From assembly GCA_040954595.2 (NCBI GenBank), contig CM082579.2, positions 8,049,625 through 8,113,624 on the forward strand: a stretch of DNA of 64,000 nt. The letters are read 5' to 3'. The position numbers and the translations under genes were made by a program. Source of the DNA: Balanoglossus misakiensis (Eukaryota; Animalia; Hemichordata). The notes below the pieces were generated by a model, which was given only the letters and a program-made list of their open reading frames with translations, had not been told where the DNA came from and made no database searches. This document shows, piece by piece, positions 13,509-28,219 of the stretch (position 1 is its first letter; the number at the start of each line of letters is the position of its first letter).

Positions 13509-16500
13509 TTTGATAGCTCAGGGGCAGAGAGAAACTGCTGTTTCCACAGACACCGAAATACACAATAAACAGTGAAACCTGGAAAATGCTGCAGATGTAA
13601 GCGACAACAAAAAAACACGAAATTTCAGAATAGTGAAAGCGGCACATGACAGAGAGGAACGAATTTTCAATTTTGCTAACTTGCATATAAGTTCTGTAGA
13701 TTACCGGTATAAGCTTTAAAAATTCACCTGGTTGACGGCACCACAAAGAAATGCGCCGTCAACCAATTTTGTATAGTGTGCGGATTGCACCATGCCTACA
13801 AACCATGCATTATCTAAAGCCCAGCAAATCCACCGAAAGATGCACAGCTTTCAGAGATATTTTTCCCGACAATCAAAATTACACATAATTACAAAAAATA
13901 GGCTTCAATGATTCCAAGAACCTGTATTATCAAAGCTTCGAATCAACATCAATAAATCACGGAAAATTTATCCAAATCCTCTCTTCGAAGTAGCTCATTC
14001 TAATTTCTCCGGCGTTCCGTGATCAGTGCAACGCCGGTCAAAAAACTCTGTATTCCGGTAAACCGATGGGCTAGCAATAATAATCATTTCATGTAAAAGC
14101 GATTAGAAGGAATCACCGAGTCCGCAAGGAGTATTTCTGCTGCTGTCTGAGAGAGATTAGATCGCGGATGTTCTGGATCTGCGCTCTCTGTGCGTCTGGC
14201 CTCCATGATGGATGCCATGTTGGGGTGCCACCAGCACTTTTGATTAGGCCAGGAGATTTACCTCCATATGCAGATTTCTTTGCTGATGGGCCCCTGTACC
14301 TATACGCGCGAAACAACTGAAAGTCACTACCGACTCAATGACCCACGCAATCCCCATGACTTATGGGGTTACCAAATGCCTTTATCCATCACGACCACTG
14401 AAACTTTGAATTCATTGTCAATTAACACATGCATCACTCGTCTCGGTGTAATCCCATTCTATGAACATTCGGGCTTGCGTGCATTCAAAACAGAAGTGTC
14501 TTTCAAAGGCTGGAATTAAGAGAATAAAGGCACCTTATTTGGTATTTTCATTATTACTGGTTCACAGCCATCAGAGGAATCTTCAGCTCTCAAATGTGCA
14601 ATTTGCTGAATTACCACTCGTCATATCATTCCATGCTCCTATATTGCCCTATCAAAACTCTGAGTACCCAATAAAAACATAAAAACCTTCTCATAAAACA
14701 TGCAACTGGAAAATAATAAAAAATTTCAAGAAGTGACAACGACTTTCCGTTTTTGTAAACCACCCAAAACTAAGTTGATTTTGCAAGCAAAATGAATGAT
14801 AATCAGAAGGGAAAAAAAGCAGAGTATTAAACAACACGTAACAAAGGTGGCTGATATCTTACTTGTGTATTCCGTTCACAGTGATGTAATTACTGCGCTA
14901 TTAGATCCGATTTGTTACCTTCAGGGTCCACTGTAGCATGAAACACGGTACTTTACACACAAGTGGCAACAATCAGATTCCGCGGACTCCAGGAAATAGT
15001 TTGGATCTTTTTTTCTCTCTTTACGTTCATGCGACAGTGACGTCGCCGTAAATCAGATCTTCTCGCAGAGCGCATGTGTGCGACGAGTTGCGCATTTATT
15101 TTTACACGCTGCGATGCCCCCAGAAATTGCAATCGCGGCCGCTGTCTGCAACCGCGACGATTGACGGCTGGCGCCAATCGAACGGAGGCCCCGGCTGACC
15201 CATGGCCACGGTGGGCGCGCCGCGTCAGGAAAAAAACTGACAAAACGGAAAAACTTCTGCATTGCTGAGCAGTGAATTAACTCCGAGAGGGCATCGCGGT
15301 CAAATGCCGACGGAGAAAATTCCGATTTGATGCGGAGTTAAGCCCGCAGATTCCGTTATTAATAATGGATCTAAAGTGCTAAACGAGCGAGAGCTGATAG
15401 ACAAGAAGCCGTGCCTGAGTCTTCAGCCTTTCTTCGGGGGAATTTTCAAAGGTACACGCTGAACTGAATGTGATTACACATCCACAAAGGCATTGGCGCT
15501 CTGAAAAAAAAGTCTAATGTCTTAGCCGTATTCCCTGCAGGCCAGACAAGACTTTCAATTGTAAATTTCGTTCTCTTTGGGGAACTTCGCGATGGAGAAG
15601 CGCTGTATGTACCCGCCGAGTTTTTAGATCCTGATTTAATAGAAATCTTGAATGCAGTAGCCAGATCAAGTCAAGTCCCTTAAGTTTCAAGCGAGATCAC
15701 AATGAAGACACACTCATGATGCAACGTGATAGAAAGTAATTAACTGAGACCTTGCGCTTTAAAAGCCAGCACCCGGACTTGGGAGTCGACACCTCACAAG
15801 ATTGCAGAATCTAGTTCAGATATCTGACAGACAAGATTCAAAACTGCATGGCAGCACCTGATACCCCCCCCCCTTCACATACACATAACTATGACATATG
15901 ATACCTGTAAGCCATTGTAAATTTCAAAAGAAATTGATCCACAGTATTTGACAAATTGTTGCACTCAACTATCAGATGAGCATGCATTTATTTTGACATT
16001 CTGAACGTATTTATTTCATTAATTCTTCCCAAATGTTTCTGTCTTAAATTGCACATGATCTTTATCTTGTGTCTTTGATAGAACTGATATATTAAGGCAA
16101 AAAAAATATTAATAAAATTTTGATTTTATCAATGGCACACCAGTTCTATTTCAGTACCAGTTGTATTTGCAATATAAATTGTGTACATGTACCAGCCAGC
16201 ATTGTTGCAATCAGCATTAATGGACACTTGAACTTTGTGAGAAGCTCCTTGATTGGTAGATAACCCCCTTCACCTAACTACCGTAATTGAGATGGCAAAA
16301 ACTTCCACAGTAACAACTCATCCATTATTGAATTAACATCTCCCCAATACTATCAGAACACCACCCCTGAGTTGCAAGAGATACAACATCTCCATTTGAA
16401 GGAATATCCTTCCCACTTAAAGCTAACAAACACAGCAGAATCTATCCAGGCAGTGTTATATGCTGCATTTCCCGAGAGCGAGATATCTGCAATTTGGCGA

Positions 16501-19500
16501 TCGAGGTCTGAATGAAGCGAGTGCTGTATCGATTTTATAAAAGAGTTCCGGTGACTGTTGCCCCCAGACAGCAGAGTTCAATAGAAGTTATACGCTTGCA
16601 GATTTCTAATGCGTTCAGGGCAACACAGGTGACTGGACAACGTTGGCAAGTGAATATAACGCAGGTTTTTACACTACCTGTTTTCTGCCATACGTGGACA
16701 ATGGAGTCTCGGCTAAAAGAAACAGAAAATTGGCAATGAACTACATACATGTAGTTCAGCTGATTTCAAATTTCTTTCCCATCGACACGCAAAAGTGGCA
16801 AATATTGTACACCGCGACAGGCGAGACAGAAAAAGTCTCACCTGTTCGATCGGAACAGCATCCACTAATAAGTCTGAATAAATTCTGAGTGATGCACTGT
16901 AATGTAACAGTTTTGTCGTGAAGGAATCTCTTACGGATGATTGGTCAATTACTGGGTACAGTATGAATGTGTAATCACACGATGCCCAATGGAGTCCTAT
17001 TCTTTGATAGTGTAAATTGCCACACCTGGGGCATCCGTCCAATCAGCATGACTCTTCTCTGGACAGTTGAACAAAAGTTAATCTTGTGAAAAACTGTTTT
17101 ACTGAAACTAAACACCGGAAAAAAAATGTTCAGGAAAGCGATAAATAAAATTAAGATTCAGTAGCTTGTATAAAATAAATGTGTTTACTGAAGCATCAGT
17201 TAACAGCTGCACAGAGGTGAAAATTTGAAAAATTGCGATTATTCTCCGTGAAGTGCAAATACTTCGGCTGAAAATAGCACCTTACACAAGTACCCAGGTG
17301 AAAAGTGTGTAATAATAATTGTAATTTATGATTTCACGCATTTCCTATTTGAAGAGTTTCGATGCCAGGTACAATTCTCCTAGCAACTCATGATTTTTGA
17401 GCATATATCGAAAAATGATTGTAAGCTATATAATGTGCGACCTTCTGTTTATAAATGCGTGTGGCAATCACGTTCACAGTTGCGAAAACTTTCCACTGCA
17501 CGACTTTCGGATAATTCTCTGAAAAACCTATAGATCTGTTTCCTCAGCGGTACTGGGATTCTGTAAGTCCATTGTGTTGCCGACGGCAACTCTTTTCAAA
17601 TTCCATGCACATGACATAATTGAAAATTTCCACATGGAATTCCGGAAAGCCTTATTTCTCCAGGAACCCCATTAAACTACCGAGAAATTCACCAATTGAA
17701 GTTATAGCAGTGTGGGCCTTGCAATTACACAGGCTACGTGCTATTGTGCGACATTCGTACCGTCAAATTCTCGGCTTATTCTTTCATATTTTTTTTTTTC
17801 GCTTGTCAAATCAGCTTTTACATGGGTGTATAAAGTAATGCGCGGAATAATTACCTAAGTGATGCAATTGGAATGTGATATGAAAATATTAACCTTTACA
17901 CACGAAATGACAGCAGGAAGGAGTGTTGCCGTGGCAACCATAACAGCATTACATTTCTCCTGTCTGAGCAGCACTTTTCAAAATTTTTCCAATAGGATTA
18001 TTTTTCAGCATTTTCATTCTGCCAGTGCGATCGGATAAACACATCAACATGGCAATATTTTTTTTTTGCACAATTAAGATAAATTATGATCCCCCCCCCC
18101 AAGGATGAAAGCTATAATAGCTTTGCTATTGTACACCTTGTGTACGCAACACTTTGCTGCACACCTAGAGTTGATAAGATAAAACCCAGAACAGCTCAGA
18201 AATCCTGTAGTTCATTGTATCCAATAGAGATATACCCAAGAGATAAAATGACCCGCACAAAACTGCTCCAGTCGGTAATCACCAAATGTTGATTACAGCT
18301 TTTAAGTTATTGATGAGTGGCTCGACCTATTCATCGCCAAATTATCACCCTATCGGAGATATCGGTGGCAATCTCCACGGGCAGTCTGAAAAGCGATGAA
18401 CGGTTTTCCCGGGTATCTTGCGCGAGCATCGTTGCAACCACCAAAAACAAGGATGCGTCAGATGCATCCGTCTTTGTCAAGAATCTCTCTTTTTTTTCCT
18501 TTCATTTCCAGCGGAGAGATCACTCACATGGAAATGGATCGCTGTGTTTTGTAACTGCGCTGATCTCTGATTAAAAATAAAACGCGACACAAACAACATT
18601 TTTCTTGCTATCCTAATGTCTTATCAGTAGCTATCGTTTTCACCGGTGATACGTACGGTACATGTACCAGTGGACATCTTTTTCAGTTGTTGTTTTTCGT
18701 CTATTCATGTAAGAGGCTGTTCCAATTTTTGAAAGAGAAGGCAACTTTATCCCGGGATGGCATGACTAGAAATTTCAGGTGCAAGACATGACGACTCATG
18801 TCCCCAGCAAGACTTTCGATTCTTTACAGGAACACATAATAGATGTACAGGTACATGTACATGGAGATTATCAAACTGACTGTGTATTCAATTGATGTCC
18901 ACAGGTGAGACGAAAACTTCTTACATGGATCATGAAAGCATCGACACAACAAAGCCAACCAGTTTGCCCAACAGCCAGACACCCATGCAGTCCATAAATT
19001 ACTCAGATGAAGTTCTGATAGGTATCAATCATGACGATTCTTTCCATAAATCATTTTAAATGACAGGTGCCGTTCACTGGCAAACTTTCAAGTCCACGCA
19101 GGTCCCTAAGGGGAGTTTGAACAAGCAGTTTAATTAAACCTGCGCTATCAGTAGTTAACTAGTAATTAGAGTCAATCATATGCATGCACGGCTTTGCAAC
19201 AAAAGTTTATTTTTCTGGAAAATAAACACACCACAATATGTCTGTTCAGACATGTCTACAGGTAGCACCTTCAATGCTCTGGTTTGCTGCAAAGAATACC
19301 AACCATTAACCATTATTTCTAATAAACACATAGTTTTGTACCGATTTGACTATTGGGGTTGTGATAGACAAAAGTGACACTACTTAGCAGCCAACCAACT
19401 CTGGAAAAAGTTAGCTACATATCAGCAAATTACCAAAAAATGAATCTCCTTCTGGGCATAAAAAGCCTGACATACAACTAGTTTCTTTGTATAGTATCAA

Positions 19501-22500
19501 AATTAAACGATAAAATTATCCCCAGATAGTGAAATAAGTGCAATTACAAGTAATTCATGATTATCTAGCAAATTAATATGAAGACTCCCACCAACATTAA
19601 CTTCTACTGATAGCAATTATGATGAGAACACAAATCTGGCAATTTTAGCTTACTTTACCATTTCCTGTTTTTACACGTAAACCAAACATCAAAAGACAGT
19701 GTTTGAATAAATTGAAAGAATAATCCCAAATTGATGTCAATCAGCTGGGTTTTTACCCCAGGGCTTCAGCAGATAAAATAACAAGAATACTTTTAAAGGG
19801 TGATTATAAGTTATTGATTGTTGTTTTAGAGCTTTTCAAGACTGCCACCAATGAATACATACAAAATGTAATGGTAAATCCATAGAACAACTGTTGTCAT
19901 TTAAGAATTCAGGAGAGAGAAAAACATTATTGGAAGTGATTGTGTGATACTAAAGTTTACAGCAAATAAGTCTGTTTGCCTGATGTCAGCTTATCACACT
20001 TCGGGTCATCACAGCTGGATGAACCACCAGCCTGTGGGGAATAATTAAGAGCCCCATAACAATTAAAGGCAATTAAGGGTTAATTGCAAAAATTATATAA
20101 CAGAGAAGTGGCTGATTACAGTTGTATTTTAATCATTTCATTCACACTATGCCACTAACTACCCACTGGTTGGGTAGAGGTATGTGGAAAATGCAAGGAG
20201 AGGGGAGAGAGAGAAAATTTGGGAAGTAACGGCACATTAGCCAGGAAAGAAACTCATAGAATGCTGTATCTAGGCGGGTTGTTTTGTCAGCTTTGAAAAC
20301 GGCTGGATACTAGGCTAGCTGTACCACAACGCACTGTGACACAACACTGCAAAACTAAAAAGTCAGTTTACAAACAACGCAGGCCACAATACCAGGATTT
20401 CAGCACAGAGTATTCAAAATACTCAGGAGCTGAGTCAGTATAAAGTGGGTAATCATGCCTGGGGACAGACTGTGTGCTATATGACGTAAAGAGGACAGGA
20501 GCACCCCCCCCCCCTCCGTCACTGTCAGTGATATGAACACAACTAACTCAAGCCACCTTCCTGGCACCCTGTTAGCTATGACATGAAAAAAACTGCATAT
20601 AACAAGCTTATTAGTGGAATTTCTGTCACCTTTTTCTCTCCCTCCAACGGCCATTATCACGTCAACTGTTCCGAGCAAGCCATTATCTCGTCAAACGCAC
20701 TGGGAGGAAAATCAGGAGACTAATCACTGATGAAATTCAGAACACCATGCCAGGAAAGGCTACGTCATCTGTCAATCACAAATTCTTTCAAAACATAATC
20801 ATCCAAATGATAGGTATTCACACAAAAGAACTTGGTCGTATAGGTTTTTTTTCTTCTTCGCTAATTTAGAATGTTATATCATACGCCGCGTTTGACATTC
20901 AGCATGATGATATAACGTGGCTGTTTCATTATATTTCACTTAAATCTGCCCGTCAACCATTGAAATATCTTGCTCAGACAGCAGGTCCCAACAATGATAC
21001 ACTGGATTGTTTATCATTTCAAAAAACAAATAACAAAACCTTCCAATCAAAGCGATTCAAACCACCTTTGCTGTCGTCGAACGACACATAAAAAATGTCA
21101 CAAAGTCAACGTACTTTTCGTAATCAACATCACATGTCTGTTAATTTTCAACCGTTTTGGATGACTGCTGAGAGACACTGACTTCGTAAAATCATTACCC
21201 AGGGGGGAGAGGGGCGGAGACAAGATCACTTTGAAAGGTGTTCAGCCGACCATTTCATCTCTAATTACCATTCACCAAGAAAGAGATACGAGACAGTGTG
21301 CAAGCACTCTACCCGGAACGTTCATTAGCACCCAAATGTTTGGCTTGCGGAGGTTTTTAGTATACATGTACAAAAAAAAACATTTCATGCACTTATACAC
21401 AAGATTTCTAAACGAGCACACACTGGTATCATTTTTCTTGTACTTTGTCCAGCTGACTGCGCCTGACAGGTTTCCTTGAATGGCACTAATTGGGCCACTT
21501 AAACTGATGCAATTAGCATTTTCTTTAATTACGCAAATCAACGGCCTGGTACATGCTTGAAAGAGTGCGAATGGGGACAGGAATCTCTGCCAACTGATAA
21601 CATCACAATTTAAATTAAGTCGTATTTCACTGTGATGCAACATGAGGAATAAGTCATATCACTGACAATTACTGACAACATGCCCTCGCAAAGACCAATT
21701 AATTGTCACCATGACGAATGCTGCCCGCAGCGCTGTACTGCACTGGTCATGTGACCTTTATGTGACAGCATGCCATCACCATGACTGCAGCGTCACTGTG
21801 ACAAAACTCTGAAGAGAGAAAAACATCACCATAGTGACCAACACAGATGAGCAGATGTATAACCTGCCACTGAACTGCGACAGAGTCATTCACACCTCAT
21901 ATCACAAAAAAACTCAGTTGTCGTGTTTGTGTCTGATAAGCACAGTCAGTGTACACTGTCACTGCAGGTTGCCGTGACAACACGTTTGAAACATGCGCGC
22001 ATTCTGCATTCCAATTCGAAGTCAGCTCTGGGAAGCCAACTCTCTTGTCCCTATCCCTGTACACAATTCCAGGCCTGCCTTCACAGAGCTGTGCGTGCAT
22101 GCAATATAAACACCACACCCCCCCCATTTCCACAAATAAAAGACATTTGCCGTTTCAGTAGTCATAGGTGAAGTTTCCACCTGTCTATCATACATGCAGA
22201 ATATGTCTCCGACAAATTAAGTAGCCTCTTTCATCCACGAATCTGAAAGCCTTTCCACATTCACCGCTTTGAATACCCGACTACATTTCATTCCTGATGA
22301 ATTTCAAAACATCAGTAACTACTGCAGCATGTAGTTTGAAGAGCCAATAAACATGTACACACTGCCAGGTTTCTGAATAAATTCAAAGTTGAAACTGGCC
22401 GACATGGTTGTTGCGCTGCACAATGAACCTGGTTTGAGTTGTTAATTTAACACACAGTGGCAACTTGCCCAGAATGGCCGGTGCGTGATGAGAATTTGAC

Positions 22501-25500
22501 AGAATACCCATAACGAGATAATAGGTCCCCGTGGCATGATTTCTACATGAAGGCAATTTATAAAGCCATGGGTCTTGCACTTCCTTCATAAAATACACTC
22601 CTTTCAATATTTAAAGGAATTGATAAATTTTAAATGGTTCCCCTTTAATAAAAAAATCCCTGAGAACTCTGTGACGGCCGGGAGTCAATCCATCAATCCA
22701 GGCGGCAAAATATTCTTCCCGGTGAAAGGACCGGATCGTACTGAAAAAAAAACTTGGTGCCACCGAACTTTTTTACTTGGATGGGAAACGTTCTGGAGGG
22801 GATTTGGGATAAATTCCAGCGCGATGATGAAATGGTCTTGAGACAGCTGCAAAGTTCAGCCGTAATCCCAACATCCTCCAGACCACTCCCATTCCTCCCG
22901 TGAGCATTTCCTGCGAGTGAGGGCAACACCCATAAAATATATACACTCCAGGAACATGGAAATTAGAAGTGCCTTCCAGTATTTTAATCCAGCCTAAGGA
23001 TAGGCCCGTCAAGGTGATTGGTCTGAGCTCGTACAACATTCTGATATACTGAATGTTTAAACAGCCATCAAAGCCAGTTTGTTTAATCACAGACTTATAG
23101 TATACACACGCAGATATATAACCAAAACAAAAAAGCTTGGGACTTACCACGCCAATTTTTCAGTCATGCGTTCACACATGGAGTTTTCAAGGCCAAGCAG
23201 AATTTAACACCGGCTTCCCCGAAACTCTCTGCTTATAATCTTTTTTTTTTGTCGTACAATGGTAGAAATGGTGATCGCAGTCACTTTTTTTCTTGTGTGG
23301 TCTTGAGGAAAAAAGAATTCAGAAAAATGCCTGGAAGAATGCCTGAAATCCTAAGACAAGCAAACACAGTAAGTCATACAGCTCAGTTTACGCTTCAGTA
23401 AAACCATTCTACCACAGAGAAGTGACTTTTCAACTGTATCGCTGCCAACGCACACTCTCTCGCAAGCATTGCCGCGGATTATTCCACTGTGGGAGAAGGG
23501 GGGGGGGGAGTCAGTGCTATAAAACAAGCGCACCGGAGCAGACCTAGAATGTAAATGCCTCCAGATATTTAACACATAATCCATTTCACAGACTTCTCAA
23601 TACCTGCGGCGATTATGGGATTTTTATGACCAATTTGTTTCTTTTGAGAAGGCATTATTTTTTTATTTTCTCGGTAAGGAGCTCCAGAAATAGATATTTC
23701 CTATAAAGAACTACGTTCTACAGTGAAATTGCCGTGCTTTCGAATTTCAATATAATCGACAAAGGAACAAGGAGACGTTTTTTTTGAAATCTTGAAAGAC
23801 GTTCACTCAAAATTATCATAATTCCTCGGGTGACATAACCTTTCAAGGGTTGAACTTTTACATTTCCAGTGGTGCCGTCTTTCTGATCAATTCCGCGTTG
23901 TCATTCATTTGTCTTAATAATAATTCCGGGTTTTTCCCCCCTCGGCCTAAAACACGCAACAAAAAACGCTCCGATCAGGATGTAATCCAGAGACGAGAAA
24001 AGAAATTTGATAAAAGAGCCTTAATGATTTCTGGGGGCTCGAGGAGTTGTGTGAATCGCCGCGGAGAGTGGCTGTGTCTGGGTTCTATTGATTTCCCGTA
24101 GCCGCGGTAATTAGGCCTTTACAAAAGCCATGTAATATCCTCGCTAACATCTCCGCAAACAAAGCAAGGTGGCCGAGCGATGATTCCAAAAAGAATTCCC
24201 ATCCCTTTACTGACGACATCCATTAACACAACACGGCAAATTCAACACGCTACACATCGCGCTGTAGGCCCTGCTGAATTCGTTCCGTCTCAAATTGTCT
24301 GCAGTACAGAACAGCACCTGACGTCATTCACCAAATTCATTTCCGAGGTAAAAATTCTCTGATTACGAACGAGTAAAGAACAATTTTCTGTTGGTGACAG
24401 CTGGCATGGCTCCATGCGTCTCCGCGTGGAAAATTAATTATTGATATGTTTAATTTCGATGGGCAATCCATCCATCAATCAGCATAACAATGGTCATTAT
24501 ATCGCAATCATAACAGCCACGGGGGGCTATTGTTCAAACCTGCGTACCATTTTAGCAAAAGAATTCATCCTGGAATTTTTGTATCATTACTGATTATCAG
24601 GGTTCTTATTGTTTCTATTTTATTTTTTAATGCGCGAGTTGTATTCATTGAGTGGGGTGGGGGGGACTGCCGGAAAACGAGAGACGCCACTCATGACAGC
24701 CAGCTGAGGCATTGATAACAGCAACCAATCCGTCTTGACGACTCGGAGAATATTGACAGATCTACACGTAGCAAGTCGACCTCGCGATGAGGTCAATTTC
24801 CTCCAAGTCATCTGCCTACCTAGGGGGGTCACCTTGTAACAAACCACTCCAGGAGGGAAAAACTGAAACAGGGCATAGCTAAATAGAATCCTATGAAATA
24901 AACAGCCTAGCTACCCAATTCAAAGACAGTTAAAGATCAGAGAGAACAAATCCCTCTCCTTGTAAAATACAATTACTCCCTGACAGTAATGCTGTACCGT
25001 AATCTCAATCAAGTCGTTTCGACTCAATCTGCTGTCAATTTTTTCCATAACAGATGTGTCTGCAGATGCAGCCCCCCGCCATAAATATTCATAATAGCTG
25101 CCATTTTGCCATCAGCTGCTGTCCTCTGCGATATTACTGCGTCACAATGCGCAGAATTTCTCAAAACGGTCACTACTGGGATTTTCGGAACACACTTGAT
25201 ATTCTTTTTTCTCTTTACCAAATTTCAAGACATGCTCTTTTCCCGGGATCAAAAGACTCAAATCTATGGAACACCACAACTCGTGATCACTTGCACTCAT
25301 CCACTTTCCCCCTCATCTAGTCTAGTTACCATGGCGATGGAGTCTGTAAAGGTAGACCTACAAAGCTTGTTAAAACTGATGCAGAATTTTTTGTGCTTTG
25401 TCAGGCACTGCCTCGAAGTGTAATATGGGTAATGGAGAGATTTCTTGGTAGTTACAGCTCAGGGCTTTTTTTCTCCCTTTTAAAAGACCAACTGATGCAT

Positions 25501-27173
25501 CATTACACTAAAATGCTGTTATGTTTTTTCAGGAACTTGTTCTGTGGTACATCTGAATCATCGTGCGCACCACAAAATAAAGAGGATGTAACGTTCACCA
25601 TCCCTGTTAAACTGATTAAGTTACTTCAATGACATACATCATTAATGAGCGGAAGAAAACATGCACATCTCAATGTCCGACACCAATTCACAGACCGACA
25701 CCTATCGATCTTCCAGTCCACGGCGGCACCTTGACAAGGTTTGCGCCGGGGTTGCTTCTTTCTGTAACATTGAGTTGTCAGCCTCCAGTCAAGTGCCGAG
25801 ATATAGACATAACAAGAAACACCATTATCCCCACAAATGAAAGGGCGACTGTATAAATCTACAACTTCTTAAAAGAGTTAATCTCACAAAGCTAAAAAAA
25901 AAAACTTTTTAAACAGCCGCAGTTTATACTATGCATAGCTTTATAAAAGATGGCCCCGTAATGGGCGGTCAGCCATGCATGACATAATCAGCAACTTACA
26001 ACAAAGGTAAGCCCGACGTATGCCCGTAAGCGCTGTGATGCACGTCTACACTGAGAGCTTGGTGGAGTGGGACGGAGTGGGATGGCACTGGGCTGTTTCG
26101 GGTAGCACGCCGAACTTAAATCAAAACCTTATTTTTGTTAGTCGGATGACTAGATCACAAAGGGGCGACAGACAGCGGCTTTGAGAGGGGCAAACCGACC
26201 GAGTGTGCGGGACAACTGTCGCGACGCGACTTAGTTGGGCTTTGAGATAAATTATTGAGATGTGACAGAAAAAACAAAAACAAAGCAAACACCCTTAAAA
26301 CTTGGAATCGATTGGTGAAGACAACACTAGTGGGGTCGGTTAAAAATTCATAAAGTTTACGCAGAACCGATGGCCGGTAATACGAGCGCCGTAATCCCAC
26401 AGAATTGCCTCGGCCGATTTTAATACTAAACTCGTTGCGTACACCTTGCACGGGGAGAATTTATTTTCTGAGCCCCATAGTGCTGTGTATGTTGAAATCC
26501 AGTACGGTTACACACTGTGTGTAACCCTTAGGGAGCAAACACCATTACAGTGGCAGACAGCAAAACAGTCTGAGAGCATTCATACCTGTGTACAATGTAT
26601 AACTTTACAACTCTCAAGCAGGTTTGTCACAGATCACTGGGTACCGACACACACAGAGTTTACGTGAATCAACGTGATTTCAAAGCAGGTTTTCGTGACA
26701 ACAGTAACTGCTTTTCACTTTAAGTTAAACTTAAACGGGAGTGTGTACAACCTCAAGATGGCAGCTACTGGTGGAATTTTGCATTTTTTGATGAAAGTGA
26801 CTGTGTATCAACAGACTTGCCTAGGCCAGCACTTGGCTAGCACTGGCCCCCACCTAGCCAATTCAGCATTAATGCATTTTTCTTGTTCTCAATGCTTATT
26901 TCATTCACCACATTTCCTTCAATACTGCACAGGGACAAGAACCACTTCGCTGAGAAGAATTTAATTCATCAGGAACATCATTCCTGTATTTATACATGTA
27001 TCATACCATCTGATTATACTAACTTCTGATGGTATATCACAGGAACGTTGATTTATTTTTCTTCATTAATAAATATGCTTATTAACTGAATGGAAATATG
27101 AGTTTGACTTTCACAGCAGATCCTGCCATCCACACCGGACTTGGTAAAAAAGCACTGGGTTATTTACGTGTAC

Positions 27174-27228
27174 CTTGTGTTGACATGGCAACCCACAGGC
27201 TGGAAGGATCAGTCTCTTCGACGCTCAT
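27174..27228 (-). CDS. Putative first coding segment (MSVEETDPSSLWVAMSTQ) of an unidentified large minus-strand gene; exon about 27174-27346
   Basis: Acceptor gttgtcag| at 27346, ccaacATG with an in-frame upstream TAA, donor AAG|gtac in phase 1. Peptide not recognised. Confidence 0.4.
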
Positions 27229-28150
27229 GTTGGACGCGTCGACAAGTCTGGAAATCTTTGCGATTTACGGTAATTCACTAGAATTCTACACAGTTCTCAG
27301 CTGGGTTGAAATCTGCGACTGGATTGGCCATCGGAATGCACTTCACCTGACAACTTGATCAAAGCTTTTTTACTGACTATATGACGTACATCAGAACTAA
27401 GATGACGGTGAGAAATGTTTATTATTTTGCTTCCAATGTGGAAATCTATCTTACTTTATCCCGATGAACTGGAGCCATGGCTATTATAGTTCTACACAAA
27501 TAGCCAATAGACTTTATTTGCATTTTTCCATGTTGATTCTTGCAAATATTACAAACTAACACAAGAAATTAACCAGTCCTATTCAGTCTTCAGTCGGAGA
27601 TTTCCGTGCGCTCCATCCGGGATGTGGGATTGCCAGATTTGTTCAATTTGGCAGGCCATTCCCTGCCAGTCAAACACTGACCTTTTTCTTTAATTCAAGC
27701 CACAATAGGATTACAGCATATCCCCCAAAGTAATTCCAAATCTCCCATTAAAATCATGAGATGGGGGACTCGGTGCTCCTTGACTGCCACAACCCTGTGC
27801 AAAACACTGCCGCGTGCATCATCAGAAACTAGAACGCAGATTACGGCGATTCTGTTAGAGGGAAAGAAATGGGGAAATGAACAGGAAAACTACTATGACA
27901 TGACTCCAGGCATGGTATGAACAGACTTTATTCGAATAATTGGAGTATACTCGGGGGGAAACGCCGGCGTAATGACTGGCGTACCCAAGTGAACTCGGCC
28001 AGTTTTATAACAGAAACAATAAAATTTAATTATTCACCGCTATCACATCCTATAAGGCCTACCGGGACCGTATTTGGCATTTGGAAAATGTGCAATCATC
28101 TGGGTGAAGCAAGTGCAACTGTGTGTGGATGTAGGTCGCCAAAACAACAT

Positions 28151-28219
28151 GGGGGGGGGGGGGGGGGCAGTGCAGTGTGGGTAGTCTTTAGACCAGTGCA
28201 TTGTGGGTAGTCTTTAGAC
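28151..28219. repeat. Poly-G run (17 nt) followed by a 26-bp tandem duplication
   Basis: G17, then CAGTGCA(G/T)TGTGGGTAGTCTTTAGAC twice. Confidence 0.85.

Noticed and set aside
14895-14930. AGATCCGATTTGT resembling part of miR-10/miR-100
   Set aside because: The seed does not match and there is no supporting hairpin.
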